The notes under the pieces: generated by a model | Seen by the model: only the letters and a program-made list of their open reading frames with translations | Told to the model about the DNA's origin: nothing | Databases searched by the model: none | Shown here: one piece after another, positions 1 through 10,503 of the stretch | How positions within the stretch are numbered: position 1 is the first letter of the stretch | Layout of the letters: each line of letters opens with the position of its first letter | Origin: Rotaria sp. | Lineage: Eukaryota | Assembly (NCBI GenBank): GCA_905331515.1 | Contig: CAJNZC010000789.1 | Span: 28,821 to 46,470 of the forward strand | DNA length: 17,650 nt | Direction of reading: 5' to 3' | Program-made: the position numbers and the translations under genes

Positions 1-1922
1 TTTAGTGTATCTGTTGGTAATTTACCAGCTAATTGTGAAGTGATTATTAAAATAACATATGTTGCTGAATTATCTATTGAAAATAATGATATTATATTTC
101 GTTTACCAGCTAAAATAGCTTCATGGCAATCAAAACAAATTTTAGAAATAAAAGATCAAACAATACTTCCATCAATTAATCTTGAACAAGATAATATTTC
201 AATGAAATCAATTGAATTTAGTCTAAAAACATCTATACGTATGCCATATGAAATAACAAAATTATTTTCACCAACACATCGACTTCGTCGAAAAGTAACT
301 GATTGTCTTGCTATGATTGAACTTGTTGATAATGTTTTACTTGAAAAAGATTTTATTCTTTCCATAACATTAAAAAGTGTTAATTTACCACGAATGCTAA
401 ATGAAACATATGCTTTATTAGATACAAATACAAATAATCTATTAGTAGATGAAAATTCTCAAGCATGTATGTTAACATTTTATCCAAAATTTGAAATAGT
501 TGATAATCGAAATGAACATGTAGAAATTGTTTTTATTATTGATGTATCAAATTCAATGGATGGAAAACATGTACAACAAGCAAAACAATTAGCACATTTA
601 TTTTTGACAAATATGAAAATTGATAATCAAAATATTTTATTTAATATTATTACATTTGGATCAGGTAAATCAAGAAAAAATTTTTTTTTTTTTTAATATT
701 TTTTATTCATTTATTTATTTGAGATAATGATGAATGTTTTCCTATTTCATTACCAAATACAAAAGAAAATATTGATAAAGCTAAATATTTTGTTTTGGTT
801 TGTATTCTTGTTTTTTTTTATTTCATCTCATAATACAATATTTATTATAGCATTCACTTGATCATCGTGGTAATACTGATCTATTTTCTGTACTTCGTCA
901 ATATTCTCTTTTACCATCATCATCAAAATTTGGTCGACAATTTATTCTTCTTTCTGATGGACATATAAATGATCTTAAATCTATATTAAAATTATTAGAA
1001 AATCAATCATCTATGTATCATGATCGTTTATTTACATGTTCAATTGGTGATACATCTAATAAACATAATTTAAGACAATTAGCTAATGGAATAAATGGTG
1101 GTGGTTTAATAACTATATTTGATTCAAATTATCGTTCAAGATGGAAAACAAAAGTACTTCAAATACTTGAATATATTCATCAACCATGTATAACAAATAT
1201 ATCTATTGATTGGTATGGTACTATTGATGATCATCAACAAGAAAAATTTACTAATCAAACACCAAAAATAATTCGATCATTATTTAATGGTATGCGTTTA
1301 ACTGTATATCGTTTTATACAAAATTGTCATAAAGCAACATTAACAGCAACAATAAATAATCAACAATATATTACAAATGTATTTAGTAATAAAATAACTG
1401 AAACAAAAGGATGTATATTACATTGTTTAACAGCACGTTCTATTATTCAAGATTATGAAAATGGTTTATTACATAATGATGAATGTAAAAATGAACTTAT
1501 TAAAAAACAATATAAACAAGATTTAATTGAACTTAGTATGAAATATTCTATTGTAAGTTTATTTACAAGTTTTGTAGCTATTGAAGAACGTAATGGACAA
1601 GCACTTGAATCTAATGTTCGATTACTTAATATTATGCTTGAAAATGATATTGATTTACTTTCGTATATTGATTGGGATGGTGATAAATCACAAATAGATA
1701 TAATTAAAAATAAATTAATTAATGCTAAACTTTTATTTGATAGTGCATCGATAACAAATAAAATTGATTTAGTAAATGAATATGAAAATCTTTGTCAAAC
1801 TATATCATATCGTTTTGGTGGTGATGCAAAATATGATTTAATGTTAACAATAATTGATACATATAGAATAACATTAAAAGAAAAAGAAAAAGCTCGAAAA
1901 TTAGAAGAAAATATGCAACAAG
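1..1922 (+). CDS. VIT domain plus von Willebrand factor type A domain region of the PARP4-like protein
   Basis: 'IIFIIDVSNSMDGKHVQQAKQLAHLFL' resembles a MIDAS DxSxS motif (here DVSNSMDG). The flanking VIT-like N-terminal block matches PARP4 layout. Introns 665..723 and 798..853 restore a continuous frame into ORF 1013..1933. Confidence 0.9.
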
Positions 1923-4900
1923 GTAATGTATGAAAATTTTGAATTAAAATTATTAATTAGTATATAATAAATATGAATAGATTTAATGAATGAAATACAT
2001 AATACAACAGTTGATGAAAGAAAAATATTAGAAAAACGATTAAATGAAATTAATAAACGTATTGAAAATGAATTATCGTAAGTTGAATATATAAAGAAAT
2101 GTTATGTTCTTATGATTATTTTTTATTAGAATGGTTTTAGATGATCAAATTATAACTTCTGAAAAATCAGAAGACGAAGAAGAATGCGAAAATGAGTTAT
2201 ATGACGAGAACATATCATATAATGACCTACTTGGTAGTGCATTAGAAAGGCTCAGATGTGTAAGTTAATTCTATAGAATGTATGAAAAATTTTTTGAATT
2301 AATCCTAGAAGATGGCTCTTGAGATGAATACATGTATCTCTAATCAGAATAAGAAAATAGACAAAATATCAAATCTAACATCGCTTTCCTCAAGTAAGTT
2401 TACTTTATTCAAAACATAGTTTTAAATATATTCATGCTACATATGTTTTCTTTTTGGATGATTAAGATGTGAAAGGAGCTGAACTAGAGACGGATGATAG
2501 TGAAGGCGATGACATGGGTTTTAGTTTATTCGATAATGGTGTAAGCTCGATGATGATGGACAAAATCTCTGAGCAACAGAAAATAAGTGCTACTCCTTCA
2601 AAGATAGAAACTATGAAATATTCTGAAGAAACAACTGGGAAAGAAAAAGAAACAATTTATACAATGAAAGATTATTCAAAAGAACAAATAAAATTTCAAG
2701 ATTCATTGACAGTCGCTGAGAGACAAGCTTCATCTTCCCAAAATTTTAGCCCTATGTTTATAGATGAAGCTGATTATGATGATTCACTTGCAACAGGTTA
2801 GATTTTTCAACAAAGATATTTTGTATTCAGAAAGAAATGTTTCAATAGTTTTATTCAGCAATAGAAGGGTCAGGATATTTGAAAGACAGTCGGATAGTCT
2901 GTCTAGTAGAATAAATCTAAGAAAAGCTATTTTCTATAATTTGGCGGACAATTTTCTGACTACAGCTCTACATTTTCATAAACATCGCGTACATGGTGGA
3001 AAAGAGAATGCTAAACAACCTTAGCTTCTTTTACGTCAAAACCTATGTTCAAATAAAATAAATATCGATAAATTTTGATGTTGATCATCCTTAGTAGAAA
3101 TCTTGAGAAGGTTATCAAAAATGCAGTACACTTTTTTAGGTCATTCTCTGCAACAAATGTCGCCATTATTTTCCCAAGCACCACATACAATATCAGATAT
3201 GTTCGGTTCTTCCCGTAATTACAGAATAGCAACTCGTAAGAGGATTGCACCAGAAATGCAACAAATGAGCATCCCCATCAATGCTCCTGTTACAACATCA
3301 ATATTCTCCAACCAAAGCAGTACCATCAATACTAAGAGTAATACCGATCCTGTGTTCTCAACATTTGGTACTCAAACATCCAATCAGGTTTCTGTTGGTG
3401 CTACGATCACTACCAGTACAACACAACCACATCCTCCTTCATTATTTGCATTTGGTACGCCGACATATGGCGCTACCAATAATGCTTCTTTTAGTTTCGA
3501 TGGATTTGGTGTTTCAGCAACACCTTCTACATCATCTTGTTTCTCATTAGGAGGTGACGCTAGCAGCATCAAAAGCAACCAGACTTCAACATTTGGCAGT
3601 TCAACAACGTTTTCCGCTGTGCCTCTAACACTACCACCACGAGCGCCATCACGTTCTTCTGCACATCAGACAGCTTTGTTGGAAAGCAGCAATACTGATG
3701 GTAACATCGCTACTTCGGCTATACACCCGGAATTTTTCATGCAGCAACATTCCATGAGTTCTAGTGTTTTCCCTACACCGCTAACAACAACAGAAGCAGT
3801 ACCGCTTAGTAACATATACTCACAGCCACAATCAGTTGTTTCCTTCGGCAGTGCTAGTGAAAGTACCTTTGGTAGTGTTGCGCCTCAAACGGTCGTCAAT
3901 CAATCGATGTCTACAATTCCTCAGGCTTCATCAGCATCATTTTTATTCTGTCCTAATAGTACAACATCTTCATTAGTGATGCTCTCATCATCTAACATGA
4001 TGTCAATGACTACATCCTCAACTCCTGCTGCTGCTGCTGCTGCTGTTCCTCCATCCTCAACAAGTATGTTATTAGAGATCGTGAACAACAATTAAGCACA
4101 CTAAATAATCTGTGTGATTTAGGCTTTTTTTCAACCCAAGAAAAAAAACGAAATGAATTTCGCGAAAGTAATGTCTTAAGAAAACCAGTTTGCTGGCGTG
4201 CAGAGAAATCACCTGTATCTTCAATGTCACGCTTACGGTATGCTGATGTATGTAAAGATAGAATTATACTTAGATCATTTGCATAAATTATTTCTTATTG
4301 TAGACACGATTCGATGAAACAGTAACGAAATCAACGATAGAATCGACTAGTAAACATGAATCTTGCATGACAATGTTCAAGAAGAAGGGAAAGTATGCCA
4401 TTGAAATAATAGTCATTCATTGTAGCAAATAACATATAAATTGAACTGTATTTTAGGTCGTTAGCGAAACGAACAGCATCACCTATATCTGGCGACAAAG
4501 ATTTATTATTACTTGATGTTACACCACTCAGTTTGGGCATTGAAGACATAAATGGTCATATGTGTATAATTGTTCGTCGTAATCAAACAATTCCAGTGCG
4601 CACACAATTTTATCCTGTATTTACAAATGCTTATGCTTATCAAACAACAGCTACAATTCGTGTTTTTCGTGGTGAACATAAACTTACAAAATATAATGTT
4701 AGTTCAAAATATTTTGAATCAACAATTATTATATTGATTCATTTTATCTGTTTTTTTAGACGTTCATTGGTGAATTTATGCTTACTGGTTTGTCGCAAAA
4801 TTTTGCTTCACAAACCTTAGAAATATCGATCAGTATGGATATTGATAGTAACGGATTATTACAAGTTGAAGCTGAAGAATCACGATCAGGTGCCAAAACA

Positions 4901-6469
4901 GAATTTACCATTGATCAAAATAATTGTAAGGATTTCTTTCTACTGAAATGGAAAATATACGGGCGCATAAGGCTCATCTTCAGTTTTCCTGATACAGATA
5001 CTAATTCTGCTCATGTGTTCTGATTATTTTCTTAACATCTCCAGAGAGAAAAAAAAATATCATGGGTTTATAATAGGTTTTGAAAGCTCGCTGGAACGTC
5101 CATATTATCAGATACTGTTCGGTTTTTTTTGAAACGGATTTTGTTACATAAGACAAGTTGAACTTGATTTGGACATCATTTTCTTTCATTTTTGTTTCAT
5201 TTGTCTTCTATAGGTCTTATATAATTTAAAGAAAAAAACTTCGTTGAAAAATATCACTCGGCTCAGTCTTTTATGCTAATTCGTACTACGCTATTCGTTT
5301 TGTCTGAAAGCCTACCCAAATCTATTAAGATTTTCTGAAAGAATGAAAAAAAAGCATATCCAAACGAAATTCAATTCATCTTTTCTATTACAGATCACTT
5401 CTGAAAAACTCAGCAATTATCTGATTTTGTAGCAATTCCTAGAAGTTTTCAGAAGTCATCATCAATCCATGTTGTTTTACTAGAGAGAGAGGCAACAGTA
5501 TGGATAGTCAGTCTTCGGTTTTCAAACGATTCCTAATGAAATTCTGGATTAGATAAACTAAATATGGATGGAAACTGAGGATCGTCCTTATGCGCTTCAG
5601 TCATTTTCTTAATGAATTTCTATTTATTATGTAGATCCACTTGATGAGAACGATATTGAACGGCATGTTTCATATATAGAAAGTAACTTCGATTTTCGTG
5701 CTTTATGCATTCGTGATCGAAAACCAAATGATGCATTATATATGGTTTGTTAAATTTCAAAAAAGAACAAAAAATTTTCAATTTTACTTGTAGCTTAAAG
5801 GTGAAACTTCCTATTCAAGAATAAATTTTACTGGTGAATCAGATACATTTAAAGGTTTTCCAACTTTTAATAAATTGAAACAAATTGATTTTATAACAGC
5901 AGGAATCAATGAATTAAAAAGAATTCAATTAACAAATGGATCATTTGATTTAAATCAAGCTTTAGCAAATTTATTATCTATGAACGTAAAAGATTTCGAT
6001 GAACTTAAAATATATTTAAATAAACAAGGTTTTAATTCTTTTGGTAAGATGAAATTATTTTTTTCCAAACGAATAAAAAACAAGAGACAACAAGAGCTAT
6101 CGAATTATTTTCTTTCAGCTTTCAATATACAACATGATATAATACATTTGATTGCTACGGGTATTGTTCTTCTTGTATTGTTATTACAAGTACCTGCATC
6201 AGAAAGAAATATATTTTTGGTTCCATTCGATAGTGAACAAATTCGAGTAAGAAATTATGTCATTTTTATTTGTCTAATTTTTTCTTTCATATTTAAAGTC
6301 AATTCTTCATCGTCATTTACCAAGTCTTCTATTAAAAAATATTGATAAAGGTGTTCAATTTTATGAAGAGAAACGTTCATGTTATGGGATTTATTGTGCA
6401 CAATTAGAATTGAACTATTCATCATGGGAAAAATTTATTCAATATACAATTTTCCACATAAACAACTAA
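1..6469 (+). CDS. PARP4/vault-PARP-like protein, 5'-truncated at window edge, multi-exon (BRCT and PARP catalytic domains not in window)
   Basis: Inferred exons: 1..664, 724..797, 854..1922, 1981..2077, 2130..2259, 2309..2393, 2467..2796, 3140..~4070 (one unresolved frame change here), ~4071..4237, 4457..4697, 4760..4925, 5635..5744, 5794..6043, 6119..6246, 6299..6469 (stop TAA 6467..6469). All proposed introns begin GT and end AG, and flanking phases agree. From memory of the family, the protein resembles PARP4: 'VGNLPANCEVIIKITYVAELSI', 'MPYEITKLFSPTHRLRRKVTDC', 'GNTDLFSVLRQYSLL...RQFILLSDGH', 'SLFTSFVAIEERNG...NDIDLLSYIDWDGD', and a C-terminal 'FGAFNIQHDIIHLIATGIVLLVLLLQ...DKGVQFYEEKRSCYGIYCAQLELNYSSWEKFI'. 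Confidence 0.85.
3140..4092 (+). CDS. Low-complexity S/T/P/Q-rich linker exon with FG-type motifs (FSTFGT, FAFGT, FDGFG, TFGSSTTF, SFGSASESTFGS), ending near a poly-Ala run
   Basis: ORF 3103..4095. The upstream exon ends 'LATG' at 2796, and intron 2797..3139 (GT..AG, phase 1) joins it to 'HSLQQMSPLFSQAP...'. Confidence 0.75.
4026..4046 (+). repeat. (GCT)n/(CTG)n trinucleotide microsatellite encoding poly-Ala in the ORF 3103..4095 frame
   Basis: Direct reading of ctgctgctgctgctgctgctg-type tandem units. Confidence 0.85.
4457..5744 (+). CDS. HSP70-like segment (end of the nucleotide-binding domain, substrate-binding domain, start of the helical lid), apparently embedded in the PARP4-like gene
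   Basis: Exon 4457..4697 encodes 'SGDKDLLLLDVTPLSLGIEDINGHMCIIVRRNQTIPVRTQFYPVFTNAYAYQTTATIRVFRGEHKLTKYN'. Intron 4698..4759 leads to 'TFIGEFMLTGLSQNFASQTLEISISMDIDSNGLLQVEAEESRSGAKTEFTIDQNN'. Intron 4926..5634 leads to 'YPLDENDIERHVSYIESNFDFRALCIRDRKPNDALYM'. These parallel the canonical HSP70 DLLLLDVTPLSLGIE..., NNLLGxFxLTGIPPAPRG...DIDANGILxVxA..., and LSxEEIERMVxEAE...RNxLExY blocks. Confidence 0.85.
5794..6469 (+). CDS. C-terminal PARP4-type region (major-vault-protein-interaction-like)
   Basis: Exons 5794..6043, 6119..6246 and 6299..6469, with GT-AG introns 6044..6118 and 6247..6298. The product ends 'SILHRHLPSLLLKNIDKGVQFYEEKRSCYGIYCAQLELNYSSWEKFIQYTIFHINN*'. Confidence 0.75.
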
Positions 6470-6494
6470 CTTGATTTTTTCATGCTTATTCATA

Positions 6495-6500
6495 AATAAA
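6495..6500 (+). promoter_or_regulatory. Candidate AATAAA polyadenylation signal for the PARP4-like gene
   Basis: aataaa 26 nt downstream of the inferred stop codon. Confidence 0.5.
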
Positions 6501-6949
6501 AACATTTTCGTACTAACAAGGAATGCCACTTTTTTGTTCTCTGATATTTATTAAAAGATGATTAAAAAGAATAGAATTATGTAGTTCTAGCCTTCGGTCA
6601 GATTGATTCACTTTAATGAATAAAAATAAATTATAATGGTATAATAGTTATTACTACTATGAAAAAGATGCTTACCTTTCTGGTTTATTTTGTTTACAAA
6701 GAAAAAATTTCGGATTGACATAGTTCAACAACCGAATAAAAAGTTTCCGCAATGATGGATTACTTCAGAGTATTCTGTTTTCTTTTTTTGTCATATAAAA
6801 TGATTTTTTCACTTATACTTTTTTGTGGTCACTGTTTTCCTCAAGCCAACTTTAAAATTTTTTACATTGCAAGAAAATCTGCTTTCTTATTTGAAGGACA
6901 AAAAACCTGAAAAGATATCCATTCCAAATCATGTCTGGTGCCTGTAGGA

Positions 6950-7002
6950 AAATTTTCACCTCAATCAAACATAGCATCTCCAAGCAACGGAGGTGAAAAT
7001 TT
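6950..7002. repeat. Perfect 13-bp inverted repeat (aaattttcacctc / gaggtgaaaattt) with a 27-nt spacer
   Basis: 6950..6962 and 6990..7002 are exact reverse complements. Confidence 0.9.
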
Positions 7003-7616
7003 AATGCCTTTTTTATCATCCCAAAATTTCATGAAGTATAAGATACGGCAACTTTGAATCTATGACAAATTCTGATCTGCTTTGCAATATTTACGTGTCT
7101 TGAAAACTTCCAATTTTTTGAATGAGTCATTCACGCAAAAACGTTAGAAATGGTCAGAGGTAACCTCAAATGAGAAAAACCTGTTAATGTAATCCACGTT
7201 GGATTCAAATTTTACACATGGCTGCACTTAAAACCAGAATATTTATCAAATGATCTTCAAGTTATCCTTATGAAAGAAAACCATATTATAGATAATCCTG
7301 TAAACGAATCTAATAAGTAGACTTATCAATAATCGATTCTCAATATTAATTAGGATATCTAGGAAGCAGGAATTTAATCTAGAAGCGGTAAGAGTTTTTA
7401 TAACTTCTTCAACAGAAAAAAAGAAGGAAATCCATTGTGTTACCTAGAAAATATTTGATATAATCATATGTCCATGCTTCATTGACTAACTTTGAGAAAT
7501 CATCACTGTAAGATAATCCGAAAGATCAGTGCCCTTTTTTCTGTATTATTTCTATTTCTCTAGCATTTATTATTCTTCTTTGATAAGTAAACCGTAGGAC
7601 AATTTACTAGATAGAG

Positions 7617-7691
7617 ATGGGGTGTAGGTGTGAGGTGTGGATGGATGTGGGTTTAGAGAAAGTTATCATCCATGCCCACACCCACATCCAT
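7617..7691. repeat. Telomere-like head-to-head module: degenerate G-rich tract, spacer, C-rich tract, 12-bp perfect stem
   Basis: atggatgtgggt (7641..7652) is the exact reverse complement of acccacatccat (7680..7691). The left side is ggggtgtaggtgtgaggtgtgg. Confidence 0.85.
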
Positions 7692-8026
7692 TATTTAAAA
7701 AAAGAACATAAGACGACACGTTGTTTTGTACGATCGCTTCCAAAAGAACGAAAAAGCAGGCCATTCAAACTTCGTTTTCTTTCAACTATCTTTTAGACAT
7801 GAAGGCTGTGTGTGAAAAACACACGTGCTAACACATCTCAAGCGAACGTTCTTAAAACACGACCCTATTTTCTTGCGAATTTTTGCCAAAATCTTAGGCA
7901 AGCTGTTGCTCGGTAAAATTTATTCATTTCGAGAGGTTCAATTCCAATTTCGTCACTAGTATTGACTTCATTTATGAATTGTTACGCAACAAATCCTTCA
8001 AAATCGAAAGTATACTGTCACATTAA

Positions 8027-8366
8027 CTAAGACTGATTGTTCCAGCCTGGTTTTTCTTGGGCTTTCATACATCGATTGTTGCATCCACATGCGGGTCGAC
8101 AGCATTTTTCGTCCGAAGCACAGTGTCTGTCTCTCTTGCAGCAGCTCGGATCATTCGCACACATCTTGGCGGCCATGTCAGGCGAACAGACCATATGACA
8201 TATCATATGAGGGATCGGACAGTAACCTAGAAAGATATAATTTCCATCATCTTTCGTAGTCTTGAGAAAACTCACCTGCATGCTCCTCTGACAATAGCCG
8301 CTTTTTAAGTGCCTGAGTGCCAGCAAAAAAGAGAACGAAAAGCAAGAAGAGAGAGAGAAAACGCAT
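8027..8366 (-). CDS. Small secreted cysteine-rich WAP-like protein (signal peptide plus 12-Cys mature region)
   Basis: Inferred join complement(8276..8366, 8027..8226) with intron 8227..8275 (GTGAGT..TAG, phase 1). Product: MRFLSLFLLFVLFFAGTQALKKRLLSEEHAGYCPIPHMICHMVCSPDMAAKMCANDPSCCKRDRHCASDEKCCRPACGCNNRCMKAQEKPGWNNQS*. The DRHCxxDEKCCxxxCGCxxxC pattern is WAP-like. Confidence 0.75.
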
Positions 8367-8759
8367 CGTTAAAGTAATATAATTGTCTTTGGAGTATGAC
8401 AACAAGAATGAAAGATGCTCGATAGATATACATACAGATATACATCTGTTCGTATTTCCCTTCATTGTTAGCACAATATCAAACGCTGATTTTATCCAAC
8501 GCAATATGTTTTGCTTATGATCGTTTGTAAGTGAAAAGAAGAAAGACGAGTGACTACGCCATTTTTCTTTCAGCGGGACGCATATAACGAATAAGTTAAT
8601 GTTTCTTTACTAAATCGAAAAATTCGATAATACTATATGGTTCATTGGTGGCGGATTAATTTGCAGATAGTTAGACGTGAATTAAATTATTTGTTGCTTC
8701 TCTTCTTCGACCTCAAGCAGAATCAAATCGTATATTGTTTATCTTGAATAGGAAAAAGA

Positions 8760-8837
8760 GGGTGTGAGTGTGGTCACCGATGAGTTGATGTGAATGGAGT
8801 CAGTGAAGAACCACACTCACACCCCCACCCACACCCT
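8760..8837. repeat. Telomere-like head-to-head module with a perfect 15-bp stem
   Basis: gggtgtgagtgtggt (8760..8774) is the exact reverse complement of accacactcacaccc (8810..8824). It is followed by ccaccc acaccc. Confidence 0.9.
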
Positions 8838-9150
8838 TCCTATGTTATTGTGATTTAGGCAAAGGGTTCAATTATATGGGAGAAATTCAGTATTTAAATT
8901 TTAAGAGAAGGAAACCAATTCAAAGGATTGCTAACTTTTCTTTCTGTAGCATTTATTTTTATATCAGGCAAAGAGGGGAATCAATACTGTGTGTGCATGC
9001 AAGTCATCATCAATTTGGTCTTCACAATGCTCATCCTTTGCGTTTCAGCCATAAAAAAATGTGGCTTTCCTATTCACACAGACATTGCTGTAACACAACT
9101 TTGCTAAGTCATTGTTTACACCAAATTTACCTACCTCATGCTTTACTTCT

Positions 9151-9199
9151 GGGTATGGGTGTGAGAGAATAAGACTCACACCCCACACCCACACCCTCC
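9151..9199. repeat. Telomere-like head-to-head module, 9-bp stem with 9-nt loop
   Basis: gggtgtgag (9157..9165) and ctcacaccc (9175..9183), followed by CCCACACCCACACCC. Confidence 0.85.
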
Positions 9200-10469
9200 T
9201 CAGCATCATGGTCAATCACATACTTGGTGGCGAACAAAGTGAACTCGGCATAGACGTATAAATACGAGAACGAGAAATAGTCAAACAAGTACATCTCGAT
9301 GCGCTATTATAGCTGTAAAATCTTGTTTGATTCAACCGTTTCTTTTATTCAACTCTGTCGTATGTTTTGTTGTTCTTTCATGTTGTATTTTCAACTAGCA
9401 TGGAAGACTGTATCGATCTATCTATACCACGCAGTGATTTAGCATTGTGTTATCCAATAATAGTATGTGAAATGATTCTCAAAACCTGACTATATTGTGT
9501 TGTTTAGTATTTGATCTTACCGTTATTGAAAATGTGAGTTTCAACAGCTTTTGTTACATGATGCTATATAGAGAAGGCAATTACGTATAGAAATGAGTAT
9601 CTAGTAGACTTTGTCGCAATATAACTAAGTCGTCTATAATGATGATAATGGAAAATAGCCGTCTATCGGCGTTCTACAGTAAAATAGAACATATCTAAGA
9701 AAATGTTCATTCGTAGCCCCCATAGACCTACAGTTATAAAAATTACCGATAAAAGGTGAAAGTTTTTCTTAGAGAGAACAAAATTTTCCATCTTACTGAG
9801 ATTTTCATGCTCATTCTAAATAAGTGATTTATATTGGAGGGTTGTTTAAATGAAAAATGACGTTGCCGATGTTTATCACTTACTGGTTTAGTTGAATAGA
9901 AATAGTATAAATTGTGACGTTTTGCAACGGTAAGAAAAAGTGTTTGTTTAGAAAAGACTATTTTATGTTTTGAACAGTCTCTTCATAATTACGTATAACC
10001 TCACCTGCAGACCATCCTTTTCAAGAAAGACGAATGCCATATATTTTTTTAAGCTTTTTGAAACAGCTGCATATATTCATTAACAATTTTTCTCTTACCT
10101 AAGTGAAGTGGGAATTAAGACTCACTTCTAATGAATTCCGTCAATATCTGAAGATTGTATTCTGACGAAAGAAGAAAAATAAAGCACTATGATTTTCTTT
10201 TGGATTCAATATGATTCATCTCGTATGCCTTGCATCAGCATTACTGCCAATCGAAATCAGAAGAAAAAATTTCTTCGTTGGATTTCACAATAGATTTAAA
10301 ATTTTTTTTTCTATTCATGCTAGAAGCTAGGACAGAATCCGTTTTGTTTTTTTATCGTTAACAAAAGTAATTCTATATTTCATTGAACATAGTAATTGTG
10401 AGTAATTCATTACTGTACAATATCGAGTTTTTGTTATATACAAAGAACTGTCACAACGTTTAGGTTGAA

Positions 10470-10503
10470 GGTGGGGTGTGAATACGAGTGTTGGTATGAG
10501 TTT
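10470..10503 (+). repeat. Degenerate G-rich telomere-like tract without a C-rich partner
   Basis: ggtggggtgtgaatacgagtgttggtatgag read directly; weakly periodic. Confidence 0.4.

Noticed and set aside
156-365. Minus-strand 69-aa ORF
   Set aside because: It is antisense to the PARP4-like VIT region and has no recognisable features.
3281-3550. Alternative-frame ORF MLLLQHQYSPTKAVPS... and minus ORF 3384..3578
   Set aside because: These come from low-complexity composition in the FG/S/T-rich exon. The main frame connects to the upstream exon with correct splice phase.
4331-4549. Minus-strand 72-aa ORF MSSMPKLSGVTSSNNKSLSPDIGDAVRF...
   Set aside because: It is antisense to the exon encoding the strong HSP70 block DLLLLDVTPLSLGIEDINGH, so it is a shadow ORF.
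5001-5189. Minus-strand 62-aa ORF within the 709-nt intron
   Set aside because: It has low-complexity, random-looking content and no domain resemblance.
8876-9172. Plus-strand 98-aa ORF with several His/Cys residues
   Set aside because: It has no recognisable family, no signal peptide and runs into the telomere-like module, so it is probably a chance ORF.
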